Shown: positions 51,240 through 63,650, counted from the stretch's first letter. The stretch: DNA of 64,000 nucleotides from Myxococcota bacterium (GCA_044344255.1 JBIJDH010000004.1:384001-448000); one strand, 5' to 3'. A program made the numbers and translations. Notes: generated by a model from the sequence alone, not told the origin.

Positions 51240-53312
51240 TCAGAGCGCGGCGAGCCCGACGACGAGGTCATCGCTGCCGAGGACCGCGGTGATGAGGGTG
51301 CCCCCGTCCGGGCTCACCCAAGCCGCAGACTCGGTGGCGACGAAGTCGACCGGAAAATTATACAGGTCAAAGCCTGTAGATGGAGTGCCGATTGCCACCC
51401 AGGCGTCTCCGCCCTGGGTCGCGAAGGAGATGACTAGCTCCGCGCTGGCCGCGCTCCAGACCGCGTGGACCGAGACCGGCGTGTACCCGCTCGCCATCGA
51501 CGTGACCACGCCCCCCGGCTGAATGATGACGATCCCGTTGGTGTTGCCGTCCGCGACGATGGTCCAGGGCCCAGTGGGCGTGTCGCGGGGGACATCGATG
51601 GCCAGCGGATCGATCACCGTCTCGGTGTCCACCTCCGTGAACAGAGGAGGGTCGGCGGTGGTGGTCCAGGTGTCGGTCTGCAACGCGTCGTCGGCGCCAT
51701 AGAGGAGGGTGCCCGTCGTCGCGCTGCCATCGTAGAAGTGGAGCTCGCAGGCCGCGGCCTCGATGCCCTCATACTCATCGGCGGTGTTGTACGTGAGGGC
51801 CGCCACCTCCGCTGGCGAACCGGCGATGAGCTGGGCCACGTCGGTGTTCGATTCACAGCCGATGGCGGTGAGGTAGCCCGTGGAGTCCTGGGCCACCGCG
51901 ATGTCCTCGAAGGCGGTTCGGGACTCGATCGCCGTGCTCACCGGGTAGTTGACGCCGTAGCGCTTCCCGGTGGAGAAGGTGTATCCGCCGAGGCGGATCG
52001 AGCGGCTGGTCGCGGCCTGGATGCCGGTGGCGCCGTAGAGGTCGGTCTCGGTGACGAGGATGTCGTGGCCCGCGGTGAGCGTGAAGGCGGGATCGGCGAG
52101 GTTGCGCTGCCAGTCGATGACCGAGACGAGGCCGGTGGCGGGGTCGGCGGGGGCGGCGCGGTCCCACTGGATGGCCAGTGCGGAGTCATAGAAGTGGGAG
52201 CTGGAGCCGCCCCGCTCGATGACCGACTCGTCGGTCGCCACAGACAGGAAGACCGAGCTCGAGTTTTCGGCGAAGACGAGATCGTGCGGGTTGCTCCAGG
52301 TGAGCGAGACATAGTCGTCGTTGTAGTGCTCGACCCCGTAGAAGGTCATCGTGTCTTGGCCGCCGTCGCAGTCCGAGTCGGCGCTGTCCGCGAGGGTCTC
52401 GATGGCCCCCGGGTAGGCGGTGGCGTCCTCGTCGTCGCAGTCGCCCGCAGGCAGCAGGCCCGTCCCCTCGACGTCTTCGGTGGGCAGGCCGCTCGAGGCG
52501 TCCTCGACGAGGCCGTCCCCGTCCTGGTCGAAGTCGTCGTTGAGCCCGCAGTCGGAGTCGAGGGCGTCGTACCAGGTGTCAACCTCGCCGGGGTTTCGCT
52601 CGGCCAGCAGATCATCGCAGTCCCCGGCGGGCAGGGCGTCAATGTCTTCGGCGTAGATGGTCTCGAAGTCCGTGTACTCGTCGGGCGTGTATCCGTCTCC
52701 GTCCTGGTCGAAGTCGCTGTTGCCACCGCAGTCGGTGTCGACACCGTCGTACCAGGTGTCCGTCATGTGCGGCCCGACGTCGATGTCTTCGTCGTCACAG
52801 TCGCCGCCGGGCAGGGTGCCGGTGCCGGCGATACCCTCGGTGGCGCGCCCGATGTTCTCGTTGGAGACGGAGCCGTCGGCGTCCTGGTCGAAGTCGTCGT
52901 TGCCCGCGCAGTCGGAGTCGGTGCCATCGTAGAAGGCGTCGGCGGCGCTCGGGAAGGTGTCGGGGCTGGCGTCGTCGCAGTCCCCTCCGGGGAGGGCGCC
53001 GGTCCCAGGCACGCCAGCGGTGGCGAGGCCGACGGAGGCGTCCTCGACGTACCCGTCACCGTCCTGGTCGTAGTCATCGCCGCCCAGACAGTCTTCGTCG
53101 ACTCCATTGTACCAGATCTCTGAGGCGCCCGGGAACACCTCTCCGTCCCCGTCGTTACAGTCCTCGGCGGCGGCGTAACCGTCTCCGTCGTCATCGAGGC
53201 TCGACTTGTGGCCCTCTACGTCTGTGGCGGAGATCCATGTGCAGCCGCCGAGCAGCCAAAGCAGCGCTGCGAGCGATTGACCGGGGACCGAGCGTCCTGT
53301 CACTCTGACCAT
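51240..53312 (-). CDS. Acidic lipoprotein with five MopE-type putative metal-binding repeats
   Basis: Lipobox LGGC; five DC(D/N)D...P...(WY)D..D.DC units with DxDGDG loops; GGAGG SD. Confidence 0.82.
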   Translation of the reverse strand: MVRVTGRSVPGQSLAALLWLLGGCTWISATDVEGHKSSLDDDGDGYAAAEDCNDGDGEVFPGASEIWYNGVDEDCLGGDDYDQDGDGYVEDASVGLATAGVPGTGALPGGDCDDASPDTFPSAADAFYDGTDSDCAGNDDFDQDADGSVSNENIGRATEGIAGTGTLPGGDCDDEDIDVGPHMTDTWYDGVDTDCGGNSDFDQDGDGYTPDEYTDFETIYAEDIDALPAGDCDDLLAERNPGEVDTWYDALDSDCGLNDDFDQDGDGLVEDASSGLPTEDVEGTGLLPAGDCDDEDATAYPGAIETLADSADSDCDGGQDTMTFYGVEHYNDDYVSLTWSNPHDLVFAENSSSVFLSVATDESVIERGGSSSHFYDSALAIQWDRAAPADPATGLVSVIDWQRNLADPAFTLTAGHDILVTETDLYGATGIQAATSRSIRLGGYTFSTGKRYGVNYPVSTAIESRTAFEDIAVAQDSTGYLTAIGCESNTDVAQLIAGSPAEVAALTYNTADEYEGIEAAACELHFYDGSATTGTLLYGADDALQTDTWTTTADPPLFTEVDTETVIDPLAIDVPRDTPTGPWTIVADGNTNGIVIIQPGGVVTSMASGYTPVSVHAVWSAASAELVISFATQGGDAWVAIGTPSTGFDLYNFPVDFVATESAAWVSPDGGTLITAVLGSDDLVVGLAAL

Positions 53313-53350
53313 CTACGCCTCCAAGTTGCTTACCATACCACGGCACCCCC

Positions 53351-56300
53351 TCAGGGGCGGCGGGGGCTCGGCGGCCCGCTGATGGCCGACATCGCGTTCT
53401 TCGTGGCGGATCGTACGTCGGCGTCTCGATCGCCCACCAGCTTGACCAGGGGGATCAAGCTGCTCTTGTCTCCGACCGCTCCGATGGCGCGGACCGCCGC
53501 CAGCCGCACCGCGGGGTCCGGGCTGGAGAAGAGCCGGATGAGCGCGTCAGGCGGAGCGCCGTCTCCCAAGGCCTCGACGACCCGGCAGGCGGCCACCTCG
53601 GCGTCGGCCTGCCCGGAGCTCAACCACTGACCGAGTCGCTCGCGGTCGGCGTCGTCGAGCTCGAGTAGGGCCAGGGCGCGCAGCCCGCGGGAGACCAGAT
53701 CCGGGTCGAAGAGATCGGCCCATGGATCGGGCGAGGCGACGGCCTCGCTCGCGGTGGGCAGAACCGGTGGCGGGAGCACCGGTGGTGGAGGCGGCGAGGA
53801 GAGGCGGGCGGGCGGGCCGACCGCAGGCGGGCGCGTCGGCGATGGCTCGGGCACGATCGGCGGGGCCGGGATGGAGGGGGCGACCTCCACCGCGGGCGCC
53901 GGGTCGTCATCGGTGTCGGAGTGCCAGGTCGGCAATGCGGCCGTCGGCTCGTCAAGGCCCGATCCGAAGCTGCCGTGGGCCTCCTCCGCCGCGGCGAGCT
54001 CGTCGTCTTCGGGCTCCTCGAGCGGGTCTGGCTCCTCGAGCGGGTCTGGCTCCTCGAGCTCGTCGGGCTCGTCGGGCTCGAACCGGCGACCCTCGAAGGT
54101 GCCGGTGTCGAAGGCGAAGCCATCATAGATCCCCGAGTCTTCACTTCGATCGGCCGAGAGGTAGATCGGCGCCTGCCGGTCATCCTCGGGGAACGCGCGG
54201 GAGGTGGAGTCCAGCTCGGTGCGTGTGTTGACGCGGAAGCTGCTGTGCGGTGCGGCCACCGTCCGTGGGCTCTCTTCGGAGTGATCGTCGGACTCGACCC
54301 CTTCGATGAGGGAGTCGGTGCCCTCGGGTTGTTCGAAGACCTGTTCGAAGACCTGTTCGAAGACTTGTTCGAAGACCGGTTCGAAGGTCCCGCCAAAGCG
54401 GAGCTCGAGGTGCTCGGCGGAGCGCCCCTCGAAGACCCGCGGGGCCCCGATGTGGTAGGCGCCGGAGGCCTGCTCGAGGATCTCGATGTCGTCGTCTTCG
54501 TGGGCGTCGATGGCGTCTGGCACCACCGGGGGCGGCGGCAGCGGGGCCCGCACCGAGGCGGGGAGAGCGAAGGGCAGGGCCACCTCTTCGAGCAGCGCGC
54601 CGATCGTGGGTTCGCCAGGCTCGTCCGCCGCATCAAAGGCCTGCGAGGCCTCGTCTAAGGTGAGGTCGGCCGTGCCCTCGTGCTCGTCGTGCTCGTCGAG
54701 CTGCTCGTCGTCGAAGAGCAGCTCGACCGTGCCCTCGAAGGGCGATCGGACGAGGGGCGCAGGGGAACCCCCGGCGTCGAGTGAGGCGACGTCAAAGATG
54801 CCGGTCTGCCCCTCGGCGTCGACCGCCTCCAGCAGGGAGCTGATCGTGCCCTCTTCGGCCGGCGCCTCGGCGTCCCCGGCAGAGGTGTCGACCAGGTCTG
54901 AGCTGATGTGGAGCTCGTCGACCCCGTCCAGCGCCTCCAGCGGCTCTTCTCCAGGGAGGAGGAGGTCGGGGATCGCGGCGGGAGCGGCGTCGCTCTCGGC
55001 GGGCGAGCCACCGGGGTGGGGCATGACCGTAGCGGCCTCGAAGACGTCCTCGAGGAACAGCGAGACGGTGTGCTCTCCGCCAGCGTCGACGGCGGTCGCT
55101 GGGTCGTCGTCGAGCTCGATCCGAGGCAGGAGCGGGGGAGGCTCGCCGAGGTTGGCGGAGGGCTCGCCGCTGCCCGGCGCCGCGGTGAGGGGCGCGCCCC
55201 GTTCGACCGGGGTGAGCTCAGGCGCATCCTGCTCGGGCGCGGCCCGCTCCGCTTCGTCGGGCTCAAGCTCCGCCTCGTCGGGCTCGAGCTCGGCGTCCAG
55301 CTCCTCCGCCTCGTCGAGCCCTTCGGCCTCCTCTCCGCGGACGGGGAGCGGGGCGCGCTCGGCCGGGAGCTGGGCGGTGGCCTCATCGAGGAAGGCGGAG
55401 AGGGTGTCTTCGGGGGACTCCTCCTCCCGCGCGGGTTGGGCGGCGAAGCCCAGCCCACCAAACCCGAGGGGGGCCGCCGGCGCTCGACCGCCGCCGATGG
55501 GGCGGGGGCTCGACGGTCGGCTGATCATCGGGGCGCCGCCGCCCGGGGCGCTGGCGCCGCCGAGGGGCGTCAGCGGGGGCCGCTCCCAGGCAGCGGGGAG
55601 CAGCTCGTCGAACCAACCGGCGTCGCGGACCAGCTCTCCGCGGGTGGTGGACAACAGCCAGACCCCGCCATCGCGACGGATGATGTACTGGCCGTCGCGC
55701 ACGCTCCATTGCAGGCCATGCACCTCGGCGTCCGCTTGATCGATCGCGTCTACGAGCGCCTGGAGCTGATCGACGTTGTGGGGGTCGATCTCGGCTGCGG
55801 CGCGCAGTGTGCGCTCGCGGAAGCTGGGCTCGACACGGGCCGCCTGAAAGGCCCGGCTGACCCGCGCCTGCTGCTCGGCGCTCCAAGGCTCGATGCTCTC
55901 GGCGGTGATGCGGGTCCGTCCGTCCGGGGGCTGGGCGCGGAGGTATCGACCCGTCTTGAGGGCCGCCTTGGCGGCGCTGCCCACCGGTCCGTCGAAGGCG
56001 GCGAGGCGGCGCAGCGTCCCGATGGCGCGACGGTCTCCACAGCGCCCCAGGGCCTCCACCGCCGCGGTGACAACGTCACGGCTGCCGTCCGAGACCAGGC
56101 GGATGAGGGCGGGGGTGGCCGCGGAGAGGGCGAGGAGGCCAAGGGCGTCCGCGGCGGCCTCTCGGACCGCGGGTCGCTCGTGGCGGGTGGCCTGCTCCAC
56201 CTTGCTGAAGACCGCGACCCGATTCGCCTCTCCGATGGCCCGCAACGCCCGCGCGACGACGTCGGGGTCCGGGTTGGCGAGCAGCGCGTCGAGATCGGGC

Positions 56301-58060
56301 GTGGGGGATCGTCGGGCGAGGGCGCCGGCGGCCTCCAGGCGGACCTCCCAGGCGCCGTCCTCCCGGAAGAGCGCGCGGCGCACCCGCCGCCCCCGGCGAC
56401 CCCCCATACCGTCGAGGTGACGAGCCACCGCGCGACGGAGCTCCGCGCGCTCGGAGGTCGCGAGGGCGGCGACCGCGGCGTAGGCGCCGACGTCTCCTGC
56501 GGTGGCGAGGGCCGTGATCGCGGTGAGGGCGGTGGCCTCGCCGGCCAGCGCGCCGCGGACCGCGAGGCGAGCGGCCCGCCCGGGGACGCGGGCGAGGCAA
56601 CGGAGGGCCTCACAGGCCACCTCGTGGGCACCGCTTCGAGTGAGCTCGAGGAGGAAGGGGAGCAGGCCGGGGCGACCGGAGCCCCCGATGGCACGGACGG
56701 CGAGGGCGCGGACCGCCCAAGAGCGCCCGGAGTTCGCGATCTCGAAGAGGAGATCGAGCAGGCCGGGGATGGCCCGGCTGGGCCACGCGCCGAGGATGAG
56801 CAGGGCGGCGGCGCCAGCGGCCGAGGCGTCGTCGCCGCGGAGGCGGTCGAGCGCCCGTGCCGAGAAGCCGGGGATCGCCACCATTCCGCGGGTGCTCCCG
56901 GCGCGGCGGTCGAGGCGCAGCGCCTGGAGGGGACCGTCGAGCGGGCTCTCGCCGTCGGCGAGGGTCTCTTCGGCCATCAGCAGGAGGTCGTCCTCTTCGA
57001 GATCGTCCTCCCAGACGGGCTCGGAGAGGCTGCCGGTGTCGGTGGCCTCCTCCTCTGGGCTGAGCAGGCCCGGCGTGGAGAGCAGGTCCTGGCCGAGCTC
57101 GCTGACCAAGGCCCAGTCGGGGACCCCGTTGGGATCGCTTCCATCGGGCCAGAGGTCGGGATCGGTGAGGCTGCCGGTCACCTCGAGGGCCGCGAGGAGG
57201 CGCCTCGCGACGTCGCGCTCGCGGGCGTCCCCGCTCTGCAGCACACCCTGCGCTGCGGGGATCACCTCATCGAGCACGGCCAGATCTCGCTCGGCGAGCG
57301 TGCGCAGCAGCTCCATCGCGCCTGCGGGCACGACGCCGGCCTCGGTGAGGGCGTGGAGGCGGACGGCGTGCTTGACCGCCAGACCGGCGCCAGCGCGCAG
57401 GAGGGCGGGGGAGGGGCCTACCCGATCGATGCCCTGGAGGAGGTCGGCCAGCTCCGGCTCGGTGGTCGGAGGCTGTGCGCGGGACGGCGGAGCGAGGACG
57501 GGCAGGTCGGGGGGCGGATCGAGCACAGCGCCGGGATCGGCCCCCCAGCCCGCTTCCAACGGGGGGAAGAGCTCGGCGCCGGCCTCGCCGGCGACCACGC
57601 GCCCCTCCAGCGTGCCGAGCAGCGCAGAGGGATCTTCGGCGGCGGGCCGGGAGTCGGGCAGCGCGCGGAGGAGCTCGGACACCACGCGACAGAGGTCGTC
57701 GTGCTCGGTGCACTCGAGGTCCGGCTGGCCCCAGGTCCACTCGAGCTCGACGCGGTCTTCGCCTTGGCCGTCCAGGGGGCGTACTCGGAGATCGAGGATC
57801 GAACGCCAACGCCGTCGGCCCCATCGAGCGCCGACGTCCGCGAGGGCCCGGTGCTCGGCCGGGAGGAGGGGCAGGCGTCGCCGGAGGACCAGCCTCAGGC
57901 GCTGGCCTCGGATCGGGTGGGTGTCCGGCTCGCCGGCGTCGGAGCGGTCGAACCGCTCGAGTCGCGGGCCCTCAGTCCTCGCGCTCTCCGACCGCCCGTC
58001 TTCGTTGCGCGATCCGTCCGTCCTCCCGCTCGAGGACCTCAAGGGGTCACCACGGTCCAC
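53351..58060 (-). CDS. Large HEAT-repeat protein with long acidic disordered region
   Basis: HEAT/PBS-lyase repeats (VREAAADALG, VVTAAVEALG, VRLAAVRAIG) in two blocks separated by an E/D/P-rich region. Confidence 0.75.
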   Translation of the reverse strand: MDRGDPLRSSSGRTDGSRNEDGRSESARTEGPRLERFDRSDAGEPDTHPIRGQRLRLVLRRRLPLLPAEHRALADVGARWGRRRWRSILDLRVRPLDGQGEDRVELEWTWGQPDLECTEHDDLCRVVSELLRALPDSRPAAEDPSALLGTLEGRVVAGEAGAELFPPLEAGWGADPGAVLDPPPDLPVLAPPSRAQPPTTEPELADLLQGIDRVGPSPALLRAGAGLAVKHAVRLHALTEAGVVPAGAMELLRTLAERDLAVLDEVIPAAQGVLQSGDARERDVARRLLAALEVTGSLTDPDLWPDGSDPNGVPDWALVSELGQDLLSTPGLLSPEEEATDTGSLSEPVWEDDLEEDDLLLMAEETLADGESPLDGPLQALRLDRRAGSTRGMVAIPGFSARALDRLRGDDASAAGAAALLILGAWPSRAIPGLLDLLFEIANSGRSWAVRALAVRAIGGSGRPGLLPFLLELTRSGAHEVACEALRCLARVPGRAARLAVRGALAGEATALTAITALATAGDVGAYAAVAALATSERAELRRAVARHLDGMGGRRGRRVRRALFREDGAWEVRLEAAGALARRSPTPDLDALLANPDPDVVARALRAIGEANRVAVFSKVEQATRHERPAVREAAADALGLLALSAATPALIRLVSDGSRDVVTAAVEALGRCGDRRAIGTLRRLAAFDGPVGSAAKAALKTGRYLRAQPPDGRTRITAESIEPWSAEQQARVSRAFQAARVEPSFRERTLRAAAEIDPHNVDQLQALVDAIDQADAEVHGLQWSVRDGQYIIRRDGGVWLLSTTRGELVRDAGWFDELLPAAWERPPLTPLGGASAPGGGAPMISRPSSPRPIGGGRAPAAPLGFGGLGFAAQPAREEESPEDTLSAFLDEATAQLPAERAPLPVRGEEAEGLDEAEELDAELEPDEAELEPDEAERAAPEQDAPELTPVERGAPLTAAPGSGEPSANLGEPPPLLPRIELDDDPATAVDAGGEHTVSLFLEDVFEAATVMPHPGGSPAESDAAPAAIPDLLLPGEEPLEALDGVDELHISSDLVDTSAGDAEAPAEEGTISSLLEAVDAEGQTGIFDVASLDAGGSPAPLVRSPFEGTVELLFDDEQLDEHDEHEGTADLTLDEASQAFDAADEPGEPTIGALLEEVALPFALPASVRAPLPPPPVVPDAIDAHEDDDIEILEQASGAYHIGAPRVFEGRSAEHLELRFGGTFEPVFEQVFEQVFEQVFEQPEGTDSLIEGVESDDHSEESPRTVAAPHSSFRVNTRTELDSTSRAFPEDDRQAPIYLSADRSEDSGIYDGFAFDTGTFEGRRFEPDEPDELEEPDPLEEPDPLEEPEDDELAAAEEAHGSFGSGLDEPTAALPTWHSDTDDDPAPAVEVAPSIPAPPIVPEPSPTRPPAVGPPARLSSPPPPPVLPPPVLPTASEAVASPDPWADLFDPDLVSRGLRALALLELDDADRERLGQWLSSGQADAEVAACRVVEALGDGAPPDALIRLFSSPDPAVRLAAVRAIGAVGDKSSLIPLVKLVGDRDADVRSATKNAMSAISGPPSPRRP
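54013..54385. repeat. Two short coding tandem repeats: 18-bp (EEPDPL) near 54013-54080 and 12-bp GTTCGAAGACCT (VFEQ) near 54331-54385
   Basis: Directly visible arrays within the acidic region of the HEAT protein. Confidence 0.8.
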
Positions 58061-59448
58061 GCGCCGGGCATCGCGGCCTCGACCGAGCTCCGGACCTTCG
58101 AGAGGTCACCGACCACGACGATGAGCCCAGCGTTGTCGGGGTCGATGCCTTGGAGCGCCGCGTCTACGGCTGCGCGCTCCAGGCTGGCGCTGCGGCTGAG
58201 GCTGAGCGCGAGCGCCTCCGTCCCCAGTCCGACAGAGAACTGGCCCGCGTAGGTGCCCGCGATCCCGTCGTTGCTGCCCATCGCCTCGACCTGGTCTTGG
58301 CGGTGGGCGCCGACCGCCTTCGAGAGCTCCTCGGCCGTGATGCCCGCCTTGATCTTGCGGAGCTCACCCATGAGGTCGGTGAGGGCGGGGGCGGTGACCT
58401 CGCGCTGCACGGAGGTGGCGGCCACCATCGTCCCCATGGAGCGGCCGGAGTCGAGGCGGGCGCTGGCCCCGTAGGTGTAGCCCTTCTCTTCGCGGAGCAG
58501 GCGGTTGAGTCGGCTCGTGAAGGTGCCACCGAGGACGATCGCGCCCAGGCGGGCCGCGTCGAGGGAGGGGTCGGCGGCGGTCCAGCCGGGCATCACCACC
58601 CGGAGCACCGTCTGGGAGGCCTCGGGCATGTCCACGAAGATCCGCTTCGCGCCGAAGGTGGGGGGAGGGATGGGCGGGGCGACGGGGCCAGCGGCGGGCT
58701 TCCAGGCGCCGAAGTGCCGCTCGGCGAGGGCCTTGGCCTCCGAGGCGGGGACGGCTCCGGCGAAGAGGAGCAGCGAACCGTCGGTACGGGCCCGCCGGGT
58801 CCAGGAGGCGCGGAGCTGATCGACGCCGGTGGCCTGGACCCCCGCCGCGGTGCCGGTCGGCAGGTGCCCGAAGGGGTGCATCGCCCCGTAGAGCTCGCGC
58901 TGCGACACCTTGATCGCCGTGGTCCGCGCGTCGTCGGCCTCCTGGGCGATGTCGGCGAGGCGGAGCTCGCGCTGCTGCTCCACGGTGGCGGGGTCGAAGC
59001 GAGGGCGCTGCACCGCCTCCGCGAGGAGGGCGAGCCCGTCATCGAGCCGCGCGGCCTCACAGGTGAGGGAGATCACGGTGGCGGTGGTGTGGGTCGTCAC
59101 CTCGAGGTCGATGGCGAGCCGCTCGGCTCGCTCGGCGAAGGCGGCGGCGTCCCAGCTCCCGGCCCCGTGCAGCAGCAGGGTGTCGGCGAGGGAGGCCTCA
59201 CCCGGGCGGTCGACGGGATCGAGGGCGCTGCCCCCCGGGATCACGAGGCGGACGCTCACGAGCGGCAGCCCGGTGCGCTCGACGGTCCAGAGCTGGAGAC
59301 CGTTCGAGAGCGAGGGCTGGGCGACCGGGGCCGTGGGGGCCCACGCCGGCGAGGCGGCGACCATCGGACGGGGGCCGAGGAGGTCGGGGCCCGTGTCCGT
59401 CGGGTGTTTTTGGCAGGCGACGAGGAGCAGGAGGAGGGCGGCGAGCAT
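58039..59448 (-). CDS. M16 peptidase non-catalytic partner subunit (lipoprotein)
   Basis: Lipobox LVAC; LSNGL; LGGTFTSRLNRLLREEKGYTYG; no HxxEH. Confidence 0.88.
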   Translation of the reverse strand: MLAALLLLLVACQKHPTDTGPDLLGPRPMVAASPAWAPTAPVAQPSLSNGLQLWTVERTGLPLVSVRLVIPGGSALDPVDRPGEASLADTLLLHGAGSWDAAAFAERAERLAIDLEVTTHTTATVISLTCEAARLDDGLALLAEAVQRPRFDPATVEQQRELRLADIAQEADDARTTAIKVSQRELYGAMHPFGHLPTGTAAGVQATGVDQLRASWTRRARTDGSLLLFAGAVPASEAKALAERHFGAWKPAAGPVAPPIPPPTFGAKRIFVDMPEASQTVLRVVMPGWTAADPSLDAARLGAIVLGGTFTSRLNRLLREEKGYTYGASARLDSGRSMGTMVAATSVQREVTAPALTDLMGELRKIKAGITAEELSKAVGAHRQDQVEAMGSNDGIAGTYAGQFSVGLGTEALALSLSRSASLERAAVDAALQGIDPDNAGLIVVVGDLSKVRSSVEAAMPGAWTVVTP

Positions 59449-59451
59449 GGA

Positions 59452-60891
59452 CTACTTCTCCCCTGCGACAGGACGGATGCGGACCGTGGCGAGGCGCTCG
59501 CGGTTGAGCTGCTGGGCGGCGGCCTGGATGCCCGCGGCGGTCACGGCGGCGTAGCGGTCGAGCTGCCCGGCGGCGTCGCCGGGGTTCCCCGTGGTGTACC
59601 AGAAGCGGTTGAGCGTCAAGGCGCGGTCCTGGAGCTCCTCGAGGCTGCCGAGGTAGCCCTTGCGAGTCTGGTTGCGGACCCGCTCCATCTCGGCCGGGGT
59701 CGGCCCCTCCTTGGCGATGCGGGCCAGCTCTTCGGCGATGACCCCCTCCACCTCCTCAAGGGTGTGCTTGGGGGTGGGCTTGACGTCGATGACGAAGGTG
59801 GACGAGAGGGCGCCGCTCTCTTGCCAAGCGGAGACCTCGAGCGCGCTCTCGTCTCCCTCCACCATACGGCGGTAGAGCCGGCTCGACCGCCCTCCAGCGA
59901 GGATCGAGCCCAGCAGGTCCATCTCGGCGTCGCCGGGCTGGAGCCACGCGGGGCTGTGCCAGGTGAGGACCGACATCGGGATCTGGACCTGATCGGTGAG
60001 CTCGGTCAGGGCCTTCATCGGCTTGTCGGGCGCGGGGGGGGTGGTGCGAGCGGGGAGCTCCTTTCGGGGGAGCACGCCGAAGAGGCGCTGGATCTCTGCC
60101 TTCGCCGTGGCCTTGTCGAAGTCGCCCGCGACGACGAGGCTGGCGTTGTTGGGCACATACCAGGTGCCAAAGAAGCCCACGACGTCGCTGAGCCCGGCGG
60201 CCTGGAGGTCCTCGTGGCTGCCGATGACCGAGTGCGCGTAAGGGTGCCCCGCCGGGTAAAGGATCGCGGGCAGCTCCAGCTCGAGCACGCCGTAGGGCTC
60301 GTCCTCGGAGGTCTGGCGGCGCTCGTTGCGCACCACCTCTCGCTGGAGGTTCACCTTCTCCTTGGTCATCGCCTTGCCGAGGCCGTCCATTCGATCGGCC
60401 TCCATCCACAAGAAGGTGCCGAGGAGGGGTGAGGGGCCGACGTCGTAGTAGTCCGTGGCGTCGTTGCTGGTCCAGGCGTTGTTCCAGCCGCCGTTGGCCT
60501 CCATGAGCTCGTCGAAGCCGGCCCCGGGCAGGCGGGTGGTGCCCATGAACATCAGGTGCTCGAAGAGGTGGGCGAAGCCGCTGCGCCCCTCCACCTCGTC
60601 CTTCGACCCCACCTTGTACATGATGTTGACCACGACCTGCGGCAGGCTGTGGTCTTCGTGAAGGATGACATTCAGCCCGTTCTCGAGCTGGTACTGCTCG
60701 AAGGGGATGTCGAGGGCCCATACGGGAGCGCCCCAAGCGAGCTGGCCCAGGATGAGCAGGCCGAGCTGGCCGGCGCCGAGCCAGCCGGCGCTGCGCTGGC
60801 ACCTCACGGGCTGGGAGGGGCGGCGCCAGGGAGGACGGGGGTACCTGGGTGTGGGCAAGGGGGCTCCTTCGTCTTGGGCCGCGTATCTCAC
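59452..60891 (-). CDS. M16 (insulinase/pitrilysin) zinc peptidase catalytic subunit; true start probably downstream of 60891
   Basis: GFAHLFEHLMF (HxxEH), NAWT, VVRNERR. Confidence 0.9.
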   Translation of the reverse strand: MRYAAQDEGAPLPTPRYPRPPWRRPSQPVRCQRSAGWLGAGQLGLLILGQLAWGAPVWALDIPFEQYQLENGLNVILHEDHSLPQVVVNIMYKVGSKDEVEGRSGFAHLFEHLMFMGTTRLPGAGFDELMEANGGWNNAWTSNDATDYYDVGPSPLLGTFLWMEADRMDGLGKAMTKEKVNLQREVVRNERRQTSEDEPYGVLELELPAILYPAGHPYAHSVIGSHEDLQAAGLSDVVGFFGTWYVPNNASLVVAGDFDKATAKAEIQRLFGVLPRKELPARTTPPAPDKPMKALTELTDQVQIPMSVLTWHSPAWLQPGDAEMDLLGSILAGGRSSRLYRRMVEGDESALEVSAWQESGALSSTFVIDVKPTPKHTLEEVEGVIAEELARIAKEGPTPAEMERVRNQTRKGYLGSLEELQDRALTLNRFWYTTGNPGDAAGQLDRYAAVTAAGIQAAAQQLNRERLATVRIRPVAGEK

Positions 60892-60914
60892 CCGGACAGG
60901 GTTAGGCGACCGCC

Positions 60915-61874
60915 GTGCGCGTCCTCCACGTCGACACCGCGACCGAGTGGCGAGGTGGCCAGCAGCTGCTCCTCCGCCTGGCGCGCGGCATGGCCGAGGC
61001 GGGGGAGGACGTCTCCGTCGCCTGTCCCGAGGCGGGTCGCCTGTGGCTCGAGCTCGGCCGACTGGGGCTCCCGCGCCTCGCGGTCCCGGCGGGGCGGTCG
61101 CCGCTCACCCCCCTTCGCCTCGCGGCCGCGCGCCCTGACCTCCTGGTGGCGCACACGAGCCACGCCCACACCTGCTGCCTCTTCGCGGGCCTCCCGTTGA
61201 TCGTTCACCGTTGGGTCGACTTCACCCCCTCGGGCGGCTGGAAGTACCGGCGACCGGAGGGCTACGTGGCCTGCTCAGAGGCCGTGGCGGCCCAGCTCCG
61301 GGCGGCCGGGGGGCGTGGGGTCACGGTGGTCTACGGGGGCGTCGATCCGCTGCCGCCGGCGGCCCCCGCCGCCGACGGACCGATGGTGCTCGCGGTGGGA
61401 GCGCGGGTCGCCCACAAGGGGCACGACGTGCTCGCCGCGGCCGCCGCCCTCCTCCCGGGCCTCGACGTCGGCGTCGCAGGGGAGGGCCCGCTGAGACCGC
61501 CGGGGCTTCGCTGGCTCGGTGAGCGGGGCGACGTCCCCGCCCTGCTCGCCGCGGCGCGGGTCTTCGTGATGCCCTCCCGCAGCGAAGGGCAGGGGATGGC
61601 GGTGGTGGAGGCGATGCTCGCGGGCGTCCCGGTGGTGGCCTCTGCGGTGGGCGGCATCCCCGAGGTGCTCGGCGAGACCGGCCTCCTCGTGCCGCCCGGC
61701 GACGCGCCCGCCCTCGCCCGAGCGCTCCAGCGGGCCCTCGCTGGGGACCACCCCGATCCGGCCCTGGCTCGTGGGCGCGCGCTCGCCCTGTTCACCACCG
61801 CGCGGATGGTCGAAGGGGCCGTCGCCGCGTATCGGCGGATCGGGGGACGCGAGATAGAGGGCCGCCCTCTCTGA
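60915..61874 (+). CDS. Glycosyltransferase family 4 (GT-B)
   Basis: WRGGQQ, HKGHDVL, FVMPSRSEGQGMAVVEAMLAGVPVV. Confidence 0.9.
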   Translation: MRVLHVDTATEWRGGQQLLLRLARGMAEAGEDVSVACPEAGRLWLELGRLGLPRLAVPAGRSPLTPLRLAAARPDLLVAHTSHAHTCCLFAGLPLIVHRWVDFTPSGGWKYRRPEGYVACSEAVAAQLRAAGGRGVTVVYGGVDPLPPAAPAADGPMVLAVGARVAHKGHDVLAAAAALLPGLDVGVAGEGPLRPPGLRWLGERGDVPALLAAARVFVMPSRSEGQGMAVVEAMLAGVPVVASAVGGIPEVLGETGLLVPPGDAPALARALQRALAGDHPDPALARGRALALFTTARMVEGAVAAYRRIGGREIEGRPL

Positions 61875-61973
61875 CCACGGGCCCCCTGGCCCACCCGGTC
61901 GATCGTCGCCGCGATCCCTTGTCGCCACGATCATCGCCGGAGCGGCTCAGACCACCCCCCCCCGGAGGCCCCC

Positions 61974-63639
<1,666 letters not shown>

Positions 63640-63650
<11 letters not shown>

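Noticed and set aside
58039..59448. M16 subunit lacking HxxEH as a novel pseudoenzyme
   Set aside because: Active/inactive heterodimeric M16B pairs are well known
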